Shown one piece after another: positions 1 through 10,964 of a stretch of DNA of 20,099 nucleotides. The notes under the pieces are model-generated. The model made no database searches, was not told the origin of the DNA, and saw only the letters and a list, made by a program, of their open reading frames with translations. Source of the stretch: Vicugna vicugna. Taxonomy: Eukaryota. Positions within the stretch are counted from its first letter, which is position 1. Each line of letters starts with the position of its first letter. The DNA is taken from assembly GCA_013265495.1 (NCBI GenBank), contig MU058482.1, forward strand, positions 654,962-675,060. Reading direction: 5' to 3'. A program made the position numbers and the translations under genes.

Positions 1-900
1 GAGGTACTTCAAGACCAGGAACCCAACTGGCCAACCCAGGCCAACAGAACAAATCCCACAGACCATGAGGATCAACCTTAGACATCCAAATGTCTTCTTC
101 TTTAGGGCAATGGATAGCCTGTTAGACTTGCTTATTTCATGGGCAAGTGCTGCAAGAAACATTAGCAATGCCATAGCCATCACCATGTCTGGCCCACAAG
201 AAATCTAAAGCAATGTGATTGTCCATCACTGCTCATACCGATGAGCTGAGACTGATGTGTATTCCATCTCGGGCAGACGTGGTATCATTCATAACTTCTG
301 CCAGAGTTAGTGGTAAGTTTCTTAAAGACTTCTTTCTATTTGTAGAATTCTCACTGATGAGAACACTGCCCTGATTATTCAAATAAAAATTGAGCCAGCA
401 ATTCCCCCAAGTACTGTGCCTGAATAATCCAGAATGGCCCCATATGGATTTGATGCCTAAATTGGAATTTCCAGCCTTGGTGATTTATAGAGTTAGGGTC
501 TCTGTATACAAACAAATCTTGGAGTACTATTCCTAACATTCATGAGGTATTAGTCTGTGGCAAACAGGACCATGCATCCTGATCCCAAAGGAAGTAGTAT
601 CCAGCGGGGACACATGGAGATCCAGGAAAAAGGGAGTTGTTCATGCCATGAGGTTAGAACCAAGGCCTTATATCATATGTTTGGATTGCTGCTAGTCTCT
701 TCCAGGTGTTAAGAGTTGGGCTTATCACCCTACAAAGATTGTTGAGTTCAAATTTAGAATTATCTAGGGTCTGGAAAAGAGATTTTAATAATTGTTTTTT
801 TGTTTGTTTGTTTTTCCCCTGGGAGAGAAGGACACTAGCAAAATCACCAGCTGAGTTGTTTAGAGTCAGTTGTCCATCTAGATGCAGGTAGAAAAGCCAT
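1..900 (-). mobile_element. Degraded gamma-type (class I) ERV env remnant (TM region, part of SU)
   Basis: The minus strand at ~330->181 reads LRNLPLTLAEVMNDTTSARDGIHISLSSSV*AVMDNHIALDFLWARHGG, followed by a frameshifted IANVSC. This matches the gamma-type Env heptad repeat, immunosuppressive domain (MDNRIALDFLLAxxGG) and Cys loop. Stops and frameshifts are present; the upper boundary is approximate. Confidence 0.8.
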
Positions 901-954
901 CAGCTATGATTACTTGTGGCGTCATTTGACGGTATCAGAATTTCCTACAGGTTT

Positions 955-1190
955 TTAAAATGTCATGAGTATTTTGACAGGTGTTGCATTGGCTCTGTAG
1001 ATTACTTTGAGTAGGATGGCCATTTTGTTAATATTGATTCTTCCAATCCAAGAGCACAAGATATCTTTCCATTTCTTTGTATCATCTTCAATTTCCTTCA
1101 TCAATGTTATACAATTTGCAGAGTATAAGTAACCTCCTTGGTTAAGTTTATTTCTAGGTATTTTGTTGTTTTTGATGCAATGGAAATGTC
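955..1190 (-). mobile_element. LINE-1 ORF2 fragment
   Basis: Typical antisense L1 ORF2 sequence (ggatggccattttgttaatattgattcttccaatccaagagc...tctttccatttctttgtatcatcttcaatttccttcatcaatgt). Confidence 0.8.
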
Positions 1191-1262
1191 TGTACCAGTT
1201 AGAAGATTCTGGTTTTTGCAGTCAAAAAGAAAAGTGGATGAAGGGCTACAAATTGTAAAATA

Positions 1263-1445
1263 TCCTTCTTATGGGTGAGTTGTATTCCATTACATATATA
1301 TGCTGCATCTTCTTTATACTCATCTATTGATGTGCACTTAGGGTGCTTCCATATCTTGGCAATTATAAATAATGTTGCTAAATAAATAAATAAATAAATA
1401 TTGTGGCTTTTAATAGTGGGGTGTATGTATCTTTTTTAATTAATT
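1263..1445 (-). mobile_element. LINE-1 ORF2-end/3' fragment interrupted by (AAAT)n
   Basis: gtattccatt...catctattgatgtgcacttagggtgcttccatatcttggcaattataaataatgttgcta, a diverged match to the same L1 segment seen at 3900-4050; (AAAT)n at ~1380-1400. Confidence 0.75.
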
Positions 1446-1784
1446 CTTATCTTGTGGTTGGCTTTATTCCTTTGACAACTATGTAAGTTTAAAAAGCTAA
1501 AGCTCTAAATGTTCTTAGAAACAACAAACAGCACATATATGGAAATTTAAAAATATGTGCAGTATATTGTATATGCCAATTTACATGCAATATATTATAT
1601 ATGTGCAGTCAAATTGTAACAATTCTACCTAATAAAACTGAAAAATGGGGGGAAAAAAAGAGAATTGCCCACAGGTTTTAATCATGGGGATCTGGTGATG
1701 GTTGGTATATCCGTCAGTGGTAAGATTGGTAACAGTGGGTATGGTTTGGGATAATCTAAAAATGGTATTAGAATGAGTATTTTT

Positions 1785-1932
1785 TTGTCTTTTTAAATTT
1801 ATTGAGGTATAAATGACAAAACTGTAAGATCCTTAAAGTTTATAACGTGACAATTTGATAAACGTATGCATTGTGAAAGGATTCTTTCCACTGAGTTACA
1901 TAACATGCATAACTTCATATATTTACCTTTTT
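1785..1932 (-). mobile_element. LINE-1 (L1MA-like) 3' end
   Basis: T-rich tail, then tttattgaggtataaatgacaaaa...tttgataaacgtatgcattgtgaaaggatt, typical of an L1MA 3' UTR. Confidence 0.7.
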
Positions 1933-1934
1933 AG

Positions 1935-3163
1935 AACCAGTATGTTCCGACCTAACAATTGTAATAAGGAGTAAGAAAAGAGAAAATGTCTCATTATGGG
2001 TGGATGACAACAAGGGGCTTGTAGAAAATAAAAGAAGAATTATAAGCAAAAAGATGAAAACAAATTGAATTTTGGTCTTGTGTAGAAGCTATCTGTTATC
2101 TGCCGTCATCTGCTTGTTCCGAAGGTCTTAGGTTAGCTGTCTACTTCTGAAGACTGGCAGCCTCTGAAGGATCTCTGAGAATCCCAAGTTTGAAATCTTG
2201 TACTGAAATAGCCTTCCAATTATGTGGAATTCTCAATTGCTTCTTTAGTTGTGAACTGTGAACCCAAAGACTGATTTCCTAGAATTTCCCTACCATATTT
2301 GTTGTTAACAGTATTTTGATAAGGTCCCTTCCAGTGAAGTGCAAGAATAGTTTTTCTCTGATGTCTCTTCTCATAGGTAAAATCCCCTGGTTGAAGATAG
2401 CGAAGAAATTGTTTAGAAAGAGGTTGTAGGAAGGTGGCCTTAACCTGTCAGTAACAGGACTGGGTATAGCACATCAGTGCCTCGCAATATTTTGTCATGT
2501 CTGCATGTGGAAGGATGAGACTAGTCTTGGAGGTGAACTCCAAATGCGTGTGCCTTCCTGTTATCAGTTCATAGGGGGATAAACTATGTATTCCCGAGAG
2601 AGCAGCCTGTATGGTCATAAGGAGAGTGGGTGGGAGTTGCTGTGGGCAAGAGAGCTCAAGAATTTCTGAAAATATTGCTGATTTTAATATTGCTAATTTT
2701 AATCTAAAGATGCTACTGGGTGGAAAGGACAGCTTTCCCCTTTTTTATTTTTATTTTTTTTTGAGGTTGTTTTTTGTTGTTGTTGTTGTTGTTTTTTAGT
2801 TTCCTGTAGTAAGTTTTTAGTTTTTGAGTAAGAGGTAACAACTTGCAGAGTTCTTTGATAATAGTTCCCATGAAACAAATGCCTCCTTCACTTGATATAA
2901 AAGTTGGGATGCCCCAGCTTGAAAACACTAAAACAAGCAGGTTGTTAATGACTGTAAAGGCTACAGCCCTTGGGCAAGGAAATGCTACAACTCATCCTGA
3001 AAACTGACATACAATAGCTAAAACATATTTAAATTCCATGGAAGGTGGAAGCTAGGTAAATGTCTAAAAGATGTCCAAAGGGCACTTGCAGCTTTCATTC
3101 ATGGCCATGTCCCACCTTTACAGTTCTTCCAGAATTGAATTGTTGGCAGGTAACAGATGACCC
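1935..3163 (-). mobile_element. Degraded ERV pol integrase region (same provirus as env 1-900 and pol 8139-9527)
   Basis: The minus strand gives VTCQQFNSGRTVKVGHG...LPPSMEFKYVLAIVCQFSG*VVAFPC...FSSWGIPTFISSEGGICFMGTIIKELCKLLPLTQKL...LSPYELITGR...LQPGD...WKGPYQ. This is the integrase zinc-finger remnant, core and GPY motif. An A-rich insert lies at ~2740-2815; the lower boundary is approximate. Confidence 0.85.
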
Positions 3164-3459
3164 TGTTGGGGTTCAGGGCAGGCTAGCACAAAATACGCCA
3201 AGGTGCCATATTAATTTTTTTATATTGATTATTTTGAATTAAATTTACTTAAGAAACGTAAGTGCAAAACAGACACTCTGTTGCTCCCTTTTGTCTCCCT
3301 GAAAGCAGGAAATAAGTCTCCCATGTGAAAGGTACCATCCCTGTGCCAAGAGGTAGAAAGACATCCTTATCACAGAGACAAGGATTTCAAGGCTGAGAAG
3401 GCTGCAAACAAATCTTGTTCTTTCTGTACTAATTTACTGCCCCAAGCCTAAACTCTGTC

Positions 3460-4917
3460 TTTTTTTTTTTTTAATTTTTATTGAAGTCTAGTCAGTTTAC
3501 ACTATTGTATCAATTTCTGGTGTACAGCATAATACTTATACATGTACATACATATGTTCCTTTTTACATTCTTTTTCATTATAGGCTACTACAAGATATT
3601 GAATATAATTCCCTATGCCACACAGTAGGTCTTTATTGTTTATCTATTTTATATATAGTAGTTAGTATCTGCAATCCCAAACTCCCAATTTATCCCTTCT
3701 CACACCCTTTCCCCCGGTAACCATAAGTTTATTTTTTATGTTTGTGTGTCTGTTTCTGCTTTGTAAATAAGTTCATTTTTGTCATTTCTTTACATTCCAC
3801 ATATAAGTGATATCATACAGTATTTTTTTTTCTTTCTGGCTTACTGCACTTAGTAGGATGATCACCAGGTCCATCTATGTTGCTGCAAATGGCATTATTT
3901 TACTCTTTTTCATGGCTGAGTTGTTTTCCATTGTATGTGTATATATATATATATATATACACCACATCTTTATCCAGTCATCTGTTGATGGACATTTAGG
4001 TTGTTTCCACGTCTTGGCTATTGTAAATAGTGCTGCTATGAACACTGGGATGCATGTGCCCTTTTGAATTAGAGTTCCCTCTGGATATATGCCCAAGAGT
4101 GGGATTGCTAGATCATATGGTAAGTCTGTTTTTAGTTTTTTGAGGACTGTCTGTACTGTTTTCCATAATGGCAGCACCAAACTACATTCCCACCAACAGC
4201 TTAGGAAGGTTCCCTTTTCTCTACACCCTCTCCAACTTTTATCATTTCTAGATTTTTTAATGATGGCCATTCTGACTGGTATAAGGTGATACCTCATTGT
4301 AGTTTTGATTTACCCTTTTGAATTAGAGTTCCCTCTGGATATATGCCCAAGAGTGGGATTGCTAGATCATATGGTAAGTCTGTTTTTAGTTTTTTGAGGA
4401 CTGTCTGTACTGTTTTCCATAATGGCAGCACCAAACTACATTCCCACCAACAGCTTAGGAGGGTTCCCTTTTCTCCACACCCTCTCCAACTTTTATCATT
4501 TCTAGATTTTTTAATGATGGCCATTCTGACTGGTATAAGGTGATACCTCATTGTAGTTTTGATTTGCATTTCTCTGATAATTAGTGATATTGAGCATTTT
4601 TTCTTGTGTCCACTGGCCATTTGTATGTCTTCACTGGACAAATGCTTGTTTAGGTCTTCTGCCCATTTTTGGATTGGGTTGTTTGTTTTTTGTTAATTTG
4701 TATGAACTGTTTATATATCCTGGAAATTAAGCCCTTGTCAATTGCATCATTTACAAATATTTTCTCCTGTTCTGTAGGTTGTCTTTTAGTTTTGTTTGTA
4801 GTTTCCTTTGCTGTGCAAAAGCTTCTAAGTTTAATTAGGTCCCATTTGTTTATTTTTGCTTATGTTTCTATTGCATGGGTAGACTGTCCAGGAGAACATT
4901 ACTGAGATTTATGTCAG
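3460..4917 (-). mobile_element. 5'-truncated LINE-1 (ORF2 C-terminus + 3' UTR + poly(A)) with target-site duplication
   Basis: ORFs 3875-4297 and 4294-4641 encode the L1 ORF2 C-terminus ([15 protein letters not shown]...[14 protein letters not shown]...FIAALFTIAKTWKQPKCPS). Poly(T) at 3460-3472. Flanks agcctaaactctgtc (3445) and agccaaactctgc (4918) form an imperfect TSD. Confidence 0.95.
4059..4565. repeat. 254-bp-period tandem duplication inside the L1
   Basis: 4059-4311 and 4313-4565 are identical except for 2 substitutions (ggaagg/ggaggg, ctctac/ctccac). Twin ORFs start at 4089 and 4343. Confidence 0.97.
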
Positions 4918-5177
4918 AGCCAAACTCTGCTTAGATTCTTCACCAGTTGAGCACCCAAGCCTAAGTTTCTTTGACCTGTCAATCCCTCACCAATTTATTG
5001 TTTCTTTGTTTGAAAAGTATAAAAAGCTGCCTGCCTTGGACATGGCTTTGGTCCTACTTCTAAGAGACCTCTGTGTACATGAACTGATTTTTTTCCCCTC
5101 CTGTTAATCTGTCTTTAATTAATAACCCAATCAAAAGAACTCAAGAAGGGTAGGAGGGATATATTCCCTGACTGACA

Positions 5178-6316
5178 GTTGTCATAGTCAGCATGATACT
5201 GGCTGGACCTCACTCTCGCCTAAGGCTGCTGCAGCCAGGAGACCTTGGGATATCGGACAAAGGCTGGCAGAAGGTAAGATTTTTCACCACATCAGCCTCC
5301 TGGATGTCTAGCTGCAGGATTCAGTGGAAGAGAAAGTTGTGGGAGTCCTTTTTCTCTCTTTCTAAATTTAAATTAGTGGGAGAAAAATTATTTTTGGAAT
5401 TAGTTCCTCAGACATAGTATCTCTGATATTGATCCTTTTTCTCTCAGAGATGATCATTGTTTTTCTTTGTCTTTCTCTTTTGTCATTTGTCACATGGAGG
5501 AAAAACCTGAGGGCAGAACACAGGCAAAGGCCCTGTGAACTTGCTTTTCAAACTGGCCTCACAGACTGCTGAGTTAATGGTTCTCACTAGACTGCTGTCT
5601 GTTTAGACAAACTTTGCTGTGGGTCCTCTACGTAAAAACAAGATGAGGTTTTTCCTTTTGTCTTGTTCTCTATCCTGAGAGCTTGGCTTTATGATCAGTG
5701 AAATACTGTCTCTGGTCTCCACCATTGGGAAGGTGCACCTACCAGGGTGCACCTTGGTGGCCAGTCGAATAGACTGGGGTTGCAAGACACAAAGGCACAG
5801 TGGCCGTCTCTATGATCAGCCATTCCAGCCCCCAGGGGAGTTTGTCATAAGAAGTCTCGATCCATAAGGTGCTTTTGTCATCTCAACTTTCATTGCTTTT
5901 TTAATGTTTGAAAATAGTCCATTCGAGGAACACATATCTGTTTTCACAGATTAGCAGGTCTGTGAGTTGAGGCATCCCACATTCTCGTGCGAAACTGGAG
6001 ACGCCATTTTCACTACTGCATTCTTACTGCCTGTACCAACAAAGGCTTTTATTTTCTTAGACTAACTCTGAGAGTGAACTTTCTGGATCTTGTGAGGGCT
6101 GCATACTCTTTTGTGAGAGGACTAATGTCTTTGGTTAAGCCATGAAAAGACTTACTCGTTTGAATTTTTATTTGAGATTAATGTAAGATCTTACTCACTG
6201 ATGGGCAGATATGGATCCTTTGAGTTTGCTATACTTGAAGGAAAAAGATTTTAGCAAATTGTCTTTCTAAAACCAAATTAAAAACTGGTTAAATTAAAAA
6301 AAATGAATACAATGTA
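5178..6316 (+). mobile_element. ERV1 internal leader region (MER4-group-like) with degenerate tRNA-Ser PBS and splice donor
   Basis: tgtcatagtcagcatgat (5180-5197) is 14/18 identical to TGGCGTAGTCGGCAGGAT and starts 2 nt after the LTR CA. AAG|GTAAGA donor at 5274. No intact ORF. Confidence 0.65.
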
Positions 6317-6318
6317 TA

Positions 6319-7097
6319 CAGGCATACCTTGAAGATACTGTGGCTTTGGTTCCAGATTACTACAATAAAGTGAATATCACAATAAGACAAATCACATGAA
6401 TTCTTTTGCTTCCCAGTGCAAATTAAAGTTACATTTACACTATACTGTAGTTTAAGTGTGCAAAACATTGTTTCTAAAAAAAAAAGTATATACCTTAATT
6501 AAAAATACTTTATTGCTAGAAGATGCTGACCATCACCTGAACCTTCAGCAAGTAACAATCTTCTTGCTGATAGAGGACCTTGCCTCGATGTTGATGGCAG
6601 CTGACTGATCGGGGTGGTGAGCGCTAAAGATTGGGTGGCTGTGGCAATTTATAAAAATAAGACAACAGTGAAGTTTGCTGCACCAATTGGCTCTTCCTTT
6701 CAGGAAAAATTTCTCTATAGCACAGAATGCTGTTTGATAGCATTTTACCCACAGTAGAACTTCTTTCAAAACTGGAGTCAATCCTATCAACCCACTGTTT
6801 TATCAACTGAGTTTAGGTTGTATTCTAAATCCTTTGTTATCATATCAATAATCTTCACCAGGAGTAGATCCCATCTCAGGAAACTGCTTCCTTTGCTCAT
6901 CCATTGGTTAAAGTTTTCTCATGAGACTGCAGCAATTAAATCACCTCTTCAGGCTCGACGTTTTTTTTCTTTTTTTTTAGTTCTTGAATATGTATTCTTT
7001 ACTAGCTTTTGATTGAAAATGAAAGACGTGCAGGACTCTTCTCTGTTCCCTTGAAGACTTAGAGGTCATCATGAGATTATTAATTGGTTTCAGCATT
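6319..7097 (-). mobile_element. Tigger1-like (pogo/TcMar) DNA transposon: 3' end with TIR, joined to an inverted piece of the ORF start
   Basis: TA (6317-6318) then TIR CAGGCATACCT. ORF 6624-6806 (...[42 protein letters not shown]) is the Tigger1 transposase C-terminus. Confidence 0.9.
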
Positions 7098-7156
7098 CTT
7101 TGTTTACTGATGTGGTTGCAGTATTTTCATTCACATGGCAGTATTTTTGTTCACAT

Positions 7157-7389
7157 ACAGCAATGTTGAAATTAGATCAATTAATAATCTCATAATGACT
7201 TCTAAGTATTCAAGGGAACAGGGAAAAGTCGTGCGCATCTTTCAATTTCAATCAAAGCCGGAAGTGATTAAGATGAGCAAGGAAGGCATAGCACAAGCCA
7301 AGACAGGCAGAGAGCTAGGCCTCTTGCGCCAGTCAAGCTGTGAATGCAAAGGAAAAGGTCTTGAAGGAAATTAAAAGTGCTACTTTTAA

Positions 7390-7421
<32 letters not shown>

Positions 7422-8138
7422 GAAAAAGAAAGTGAACAGATGAATAATAAGAAAGAAAAACATTTTTATTGCTGATATGGAAAAAGTTTTAGTGGTCTGA
7501 ATAGAGTATCAAACCAGCCAGAGTATTCCCTTAAGCCAAAGCCTGATCCAGAACAAGGTCTCAACTCTCTACAATTCTATAAAAGCTGAAAGAGGTGGGG
7601 AAGTGGCTAAAGAAAACTTTGAAGCTAGCAGGGGCTGCTTCATGAGGTTTAAGGAAGGAAACTGTCTCTACAACACAAAACTGCAAGGTGAAGCAGCACG
7701 GTGATGGTGAAGCAGCACGGTGATGGAGAAGCAGGTGATGGAGAAGCTTCAATAAGTTATCCAGAAGAGCTAGCTAAGATCATTCATCAACGTGACTACA
7801 GTAAGTAACAGATTTTTCAGTGTAGACAACATCCTTCTTTTGGTAGAAGATGCCAGCTAGGACTTTCATAGCTACAGAGGAGAAGTCAATGCCTGGCCAC
7901 AGAGCTTCAAAATACTGACTGACTTTTAATAGGGGCTAATGCAGCAGGGGAATTTCTGTTGAATCCAATGGTCATTTACCATTCTTCAAATCTGGAGCCC
8001 TTAAGAATGATGCTTAATCTACTCAGCCTGTGCTCTATAAATGGGACAGTAAACCCTGGAAGACAGCACATCTGCTTACATCATGGCTTACTGAATATTT
8101 TAAGTTCCCTGTTGAGAGCTACTGCTCAGACAAAGATT
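7157..8138 (+). mobile_element. Tigger1-like transposase 5' half (CENP-B-like HTH and start of DDE), decayed
   Basis: MTSKYSRE...MSKEGIAQAKTGRELGLLRQ, gaagctagcaggggctgcttcatgaggtttaagg, and LYKWDSKPWKTAHLLTSWLTEYFKFPVESYCSDK. A-rich insert at ~7386-7430; short 15-19-nt tandem (gaagcagcacggtgatgg) at ~7690-7748. Confidence 0.9.
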
Positions 8139-9527
8139 CTATAGAATGGGTCACTTGGAGGTATCATGATGCCATTCTAAGTCTTCGGCAATTTCATGGT
8201 GGATATTTCTTGGAGAAATTCACATAATACCGGTTTGAAGTCATCTGGTGCCTCCAAGCAGTGGTCTTGAGAGCTTTGGGGATTATTTGAGTGAAGAAAG
8301 CAAGTAGAATTTTTCCATTCTTCTTTTTCCAAAATCAGGGACTGAATTTTGATATATTATAATGACCATTTGAATCCTTCCAGAGATTTATTCCTTGAAG
8401 TTTAGATACAATCATAATCTTGGTTAGAGCAGCTTATTTGCTATAATAGTCTGCTAGAACAACCCTTTTCCTTCCATATTCTCTCTTTTAATGTGGCTTC
8501 AGTATTTATAGTAACCACCCTCTACGGAGTAGGAATACATCTAAAAGTTCCTTTACTTGCTATTATGATGCTTGTTTCTAAAGCATCCTCAAATCACATA
8601 CTGTTCCAAAAGCAGACCTGCTGTGTGTATGTACGTTGACTCGTTGACTCGTTTACTCTCTGGTCTTTGGCTAGTTCACAAGCTCGAGTAAGTGCTATTA
8701 AGTTCTGCCACCTCAGCTGATTCTACCTCGGGTAGAGGGCTATATTCTGAAGAGCTTGGTTAGTGATGGCATATCCTGCTTTTTAACCTTCAATTTCAGT
8801 TTTGAGGTATGATCCATCAGTACACAAAATTAGGCAGGGTTCTCAATAGCAGTCTCTAATAAATCTAAGTGAGACAAGAAGTTCCTTACCTGAGATAAAT
8901 GGATCCTGAGGCTCCCCTTCTTCTGCACTGAGCTGGAGAAGGGCAGGATTCAGGATGCTTCCGTGGTGAACAGTACATGAGATGGAGAGAGTAAGAGAGT
9001 CCTATAAGGGACTGGTTGATGGGCTGGAAAGTGTCGTGTGTTCTCAGTCAGTAGCAATGTCTTACTGCGTGAGGAACCATGAATCAAGCAAGGAACCTAG
9101 AACCAGTTTAGTAGACATTTCAGAAATTTTTACAGCAACAGCTATTGCACAAAGGAAATGAAGTCAAGGGAAAGGCTATAGTAAGGACGGGTTTTTGATG
9201 GTTTCCATGAAGTTGAATGAAAACCCCAAGGGCTTGTCCAGTTTGCCACGCACAAATAGGTAAAATGACTTGGTATAGTTCGGGAAGCCTAGGAGGATGT
9301 AAGCTATTGAAGAACCGTATTTGGGTGACAGAAGTCTTGTTCATATTTGAATTGTGATTCTGAAATCTTGTTGGACCAACTCCCTGGAATTCTTCTGGCA
9401 ATGGAAAGGTGCCAAAAGAATCACTACATTTGTGCAGCCAAACCCAACAACTTGGTGGGACTCACCTGACAAACCATCCCATCAGGCACCTTGAGGGCAG
9501 GCCCTGTAATTTACCTCTGCATTCCAC
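8139..9527 (-). mobile_element. Degraded ERV pol: RT connection, RNase H and integrase start
   Basis: The minus strand gives LPNYTKSFYLFV...GQALGVFIQLHGNHQKP (connection), LILCTDGSYL (RNase H DGS, ~8804-8834), AGYAIT and AEL/IALTRACELAKDQRVN...HSRSAFGTV. Confidence 0.85.
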
Positions 9528-10096
9528 TGTTGAATGAATGAATGAACAAGTTCAAAATTGGCCATTGTGGGCACCCACTCAGATGCACAGATTTGATATG
9601 AAGGTTATTATAAACGGAAGATATCTGAGCCTCAGCAGATGCTGAAAGAAGCTTTTTTGGAGCTTCCCTTATCTGAGTAAATGCAGAATCTTCTGAGAGC
9701 AAAGCTGCTATAAATAAATCCCCTCTCAGGGGAGGTTTATAGTCAGGAAGAAAACAGACAACTTGCACTTGAATAGACACACATTATCACAAACTATTTT
9801 ACATCTTATTAGTTCCCTAAAAGCTCATTTTTCTTTTCTCAAAAAAAAAAAAAAGCGCCATTTTTTTACCATATAGTCTGTACTTGTCCCAATCCCATGC
9901 CACCTCCATCTTTCCCCTATTAAGCTGGTGTATAAACCTTTATCCCTAGCTGTTCAGGGAACCACTTCTTTTGTGCTCCTCCATATGCATATGAATAAAT
10001 TTTGTCAGTTCTTCTGTTAACCTGTCTTTTGTCAGTTAATTTGCAGACTCCTTGACTTTAGCATAAGTAGGTAGATGAAAAGTTTTCCTTGCAACA
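9528..10096 (+). mobile_element. Solo ERV1-type LTR
   Basis: TG...CA ends (tgttgaat...gcaaca); flanks ccac/ctac (4-bp TSD with 1 mismatch); TATAAA 9931-9936; AATAAA 9994-9999; ctgttaacctgtcttttgtcagtt U5 motif shared with the LTR at ~5100. Confidence 0.75.
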
Positions 10097-10326
10097 CTAC
10101 TGAGGAGGATATGAATACCACCTACACACTAAGAGAGAAACAAAACATGGGTGGAGAGTCAGGTGGTGGGCAAACTACGGGAACATGAAACTAAAGGATT
10201 ATGCCACACCACGCCTTCCTTAACATCACTTCCACTTCCAAATTTATATGCATGAGGAAATAATGTTGACTTTACCAAAGATAGTTTGAATATCATGTGG
10301 CAAAACAATTTTAAGTTTCCCCCTTA

Positions 10327-10450
10327 GTGGAGAGGGTATAGCTCAGTGGTAGAGTGGGTGCTTAACTGCACCAGGTCCTGGGGTCATTCCCAAGCACCTC
10401 CACTGGGAAAAAAAAAAAAACCTAAGTACCTCCACCCACCAAAAAACCAA
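10327..10450 (+). mobile_element. tRNA-derived camelid SINE (vic-1 type)
   Basis: ggagagggtatagctcagtggtagag (A box), degenerate B box (ggggtcattccc), A tract and cctaagtacctcc tail. Near-identical flanks aattttaagtttccccctta (10307-10326) and aattttaaattccccctta (10451-10469). Confidence 0.85.
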
Positions 10451-10698
10451 AATTTTAAATTCCCCCTTATAGAATTCTCTTCTTCCCACCAAGTTACCTC
10501 TCTTCTCTCTTTCCCCTCCCGTTCCCGCTCCTGGGCTTTCAAACTGCCTGCTCTTTTTACCTCTGGATTTTAGCAGAACAAAAGCCTGGTAGTTACTTGA
10601 CTCCACTCCTGGAGAAAGCAAATCAGAGATCACCAAGTGTTATTTAAACAGGGTGTTTGGGAGGATCTTAACCACACCCCATGTGAACAATATTAAGA

Positions 10699-10880
10699 AC
10701 TAACATTTATGGATGCTTTCTAAGCACTGCTCCAAGCCCTCTGCATCTTATCTTACTTTGTGTTAGCAATAGATCTAAGAGGACCATGTTATTATCATAA
10801 CCATTTTAAAGAGGAGGAAACTTGCCCAGCTCTTAAGATGCTAAACCAGAATTTGGACTGAGAGAGTGTAAACCTAGAGC
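10699..10880 (-). mobile_element. MIR SINE fragment
   Basis: actaacatttatggatgct...tattatcataaccattttaaagaggaggaaact matches the antisense MIR core. Confidence 0.65.
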
Positions 10881-10912
10881 ATGGAGAGATATTTTGATAA
10901 TTCTCACTCCAG

Positions 10913-10930
10913 GGGGATTAAAATTATGTG

Positions 10931-10964
<34 letters not shown>

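Larger units (their letters stand above)
3164..5177 (+). mobile_element. ERV1-type LTR (3164-~3460 plus ~4918-5177) split by an L1 insertion
   Basis: Starts TG (tgttggggttcagggcagg) and ends CA (ctgaca 5177); TATAAA at 5018-5023; ctgttaatctgtctt U5-like motif; followed directly by a PBS-like 18-mer. Confidence 0.7.

Noticed and set aside
3875..4641. Functional genes from L1 ORFs
   Set aside because: 5'-truncated L1 ORF2 remnants, duplicated and frameshifted.
10327..10400. tRNA gene
   Set aside because: Broken stems and B box, A-rich tail and TSD identify it as a SINE.
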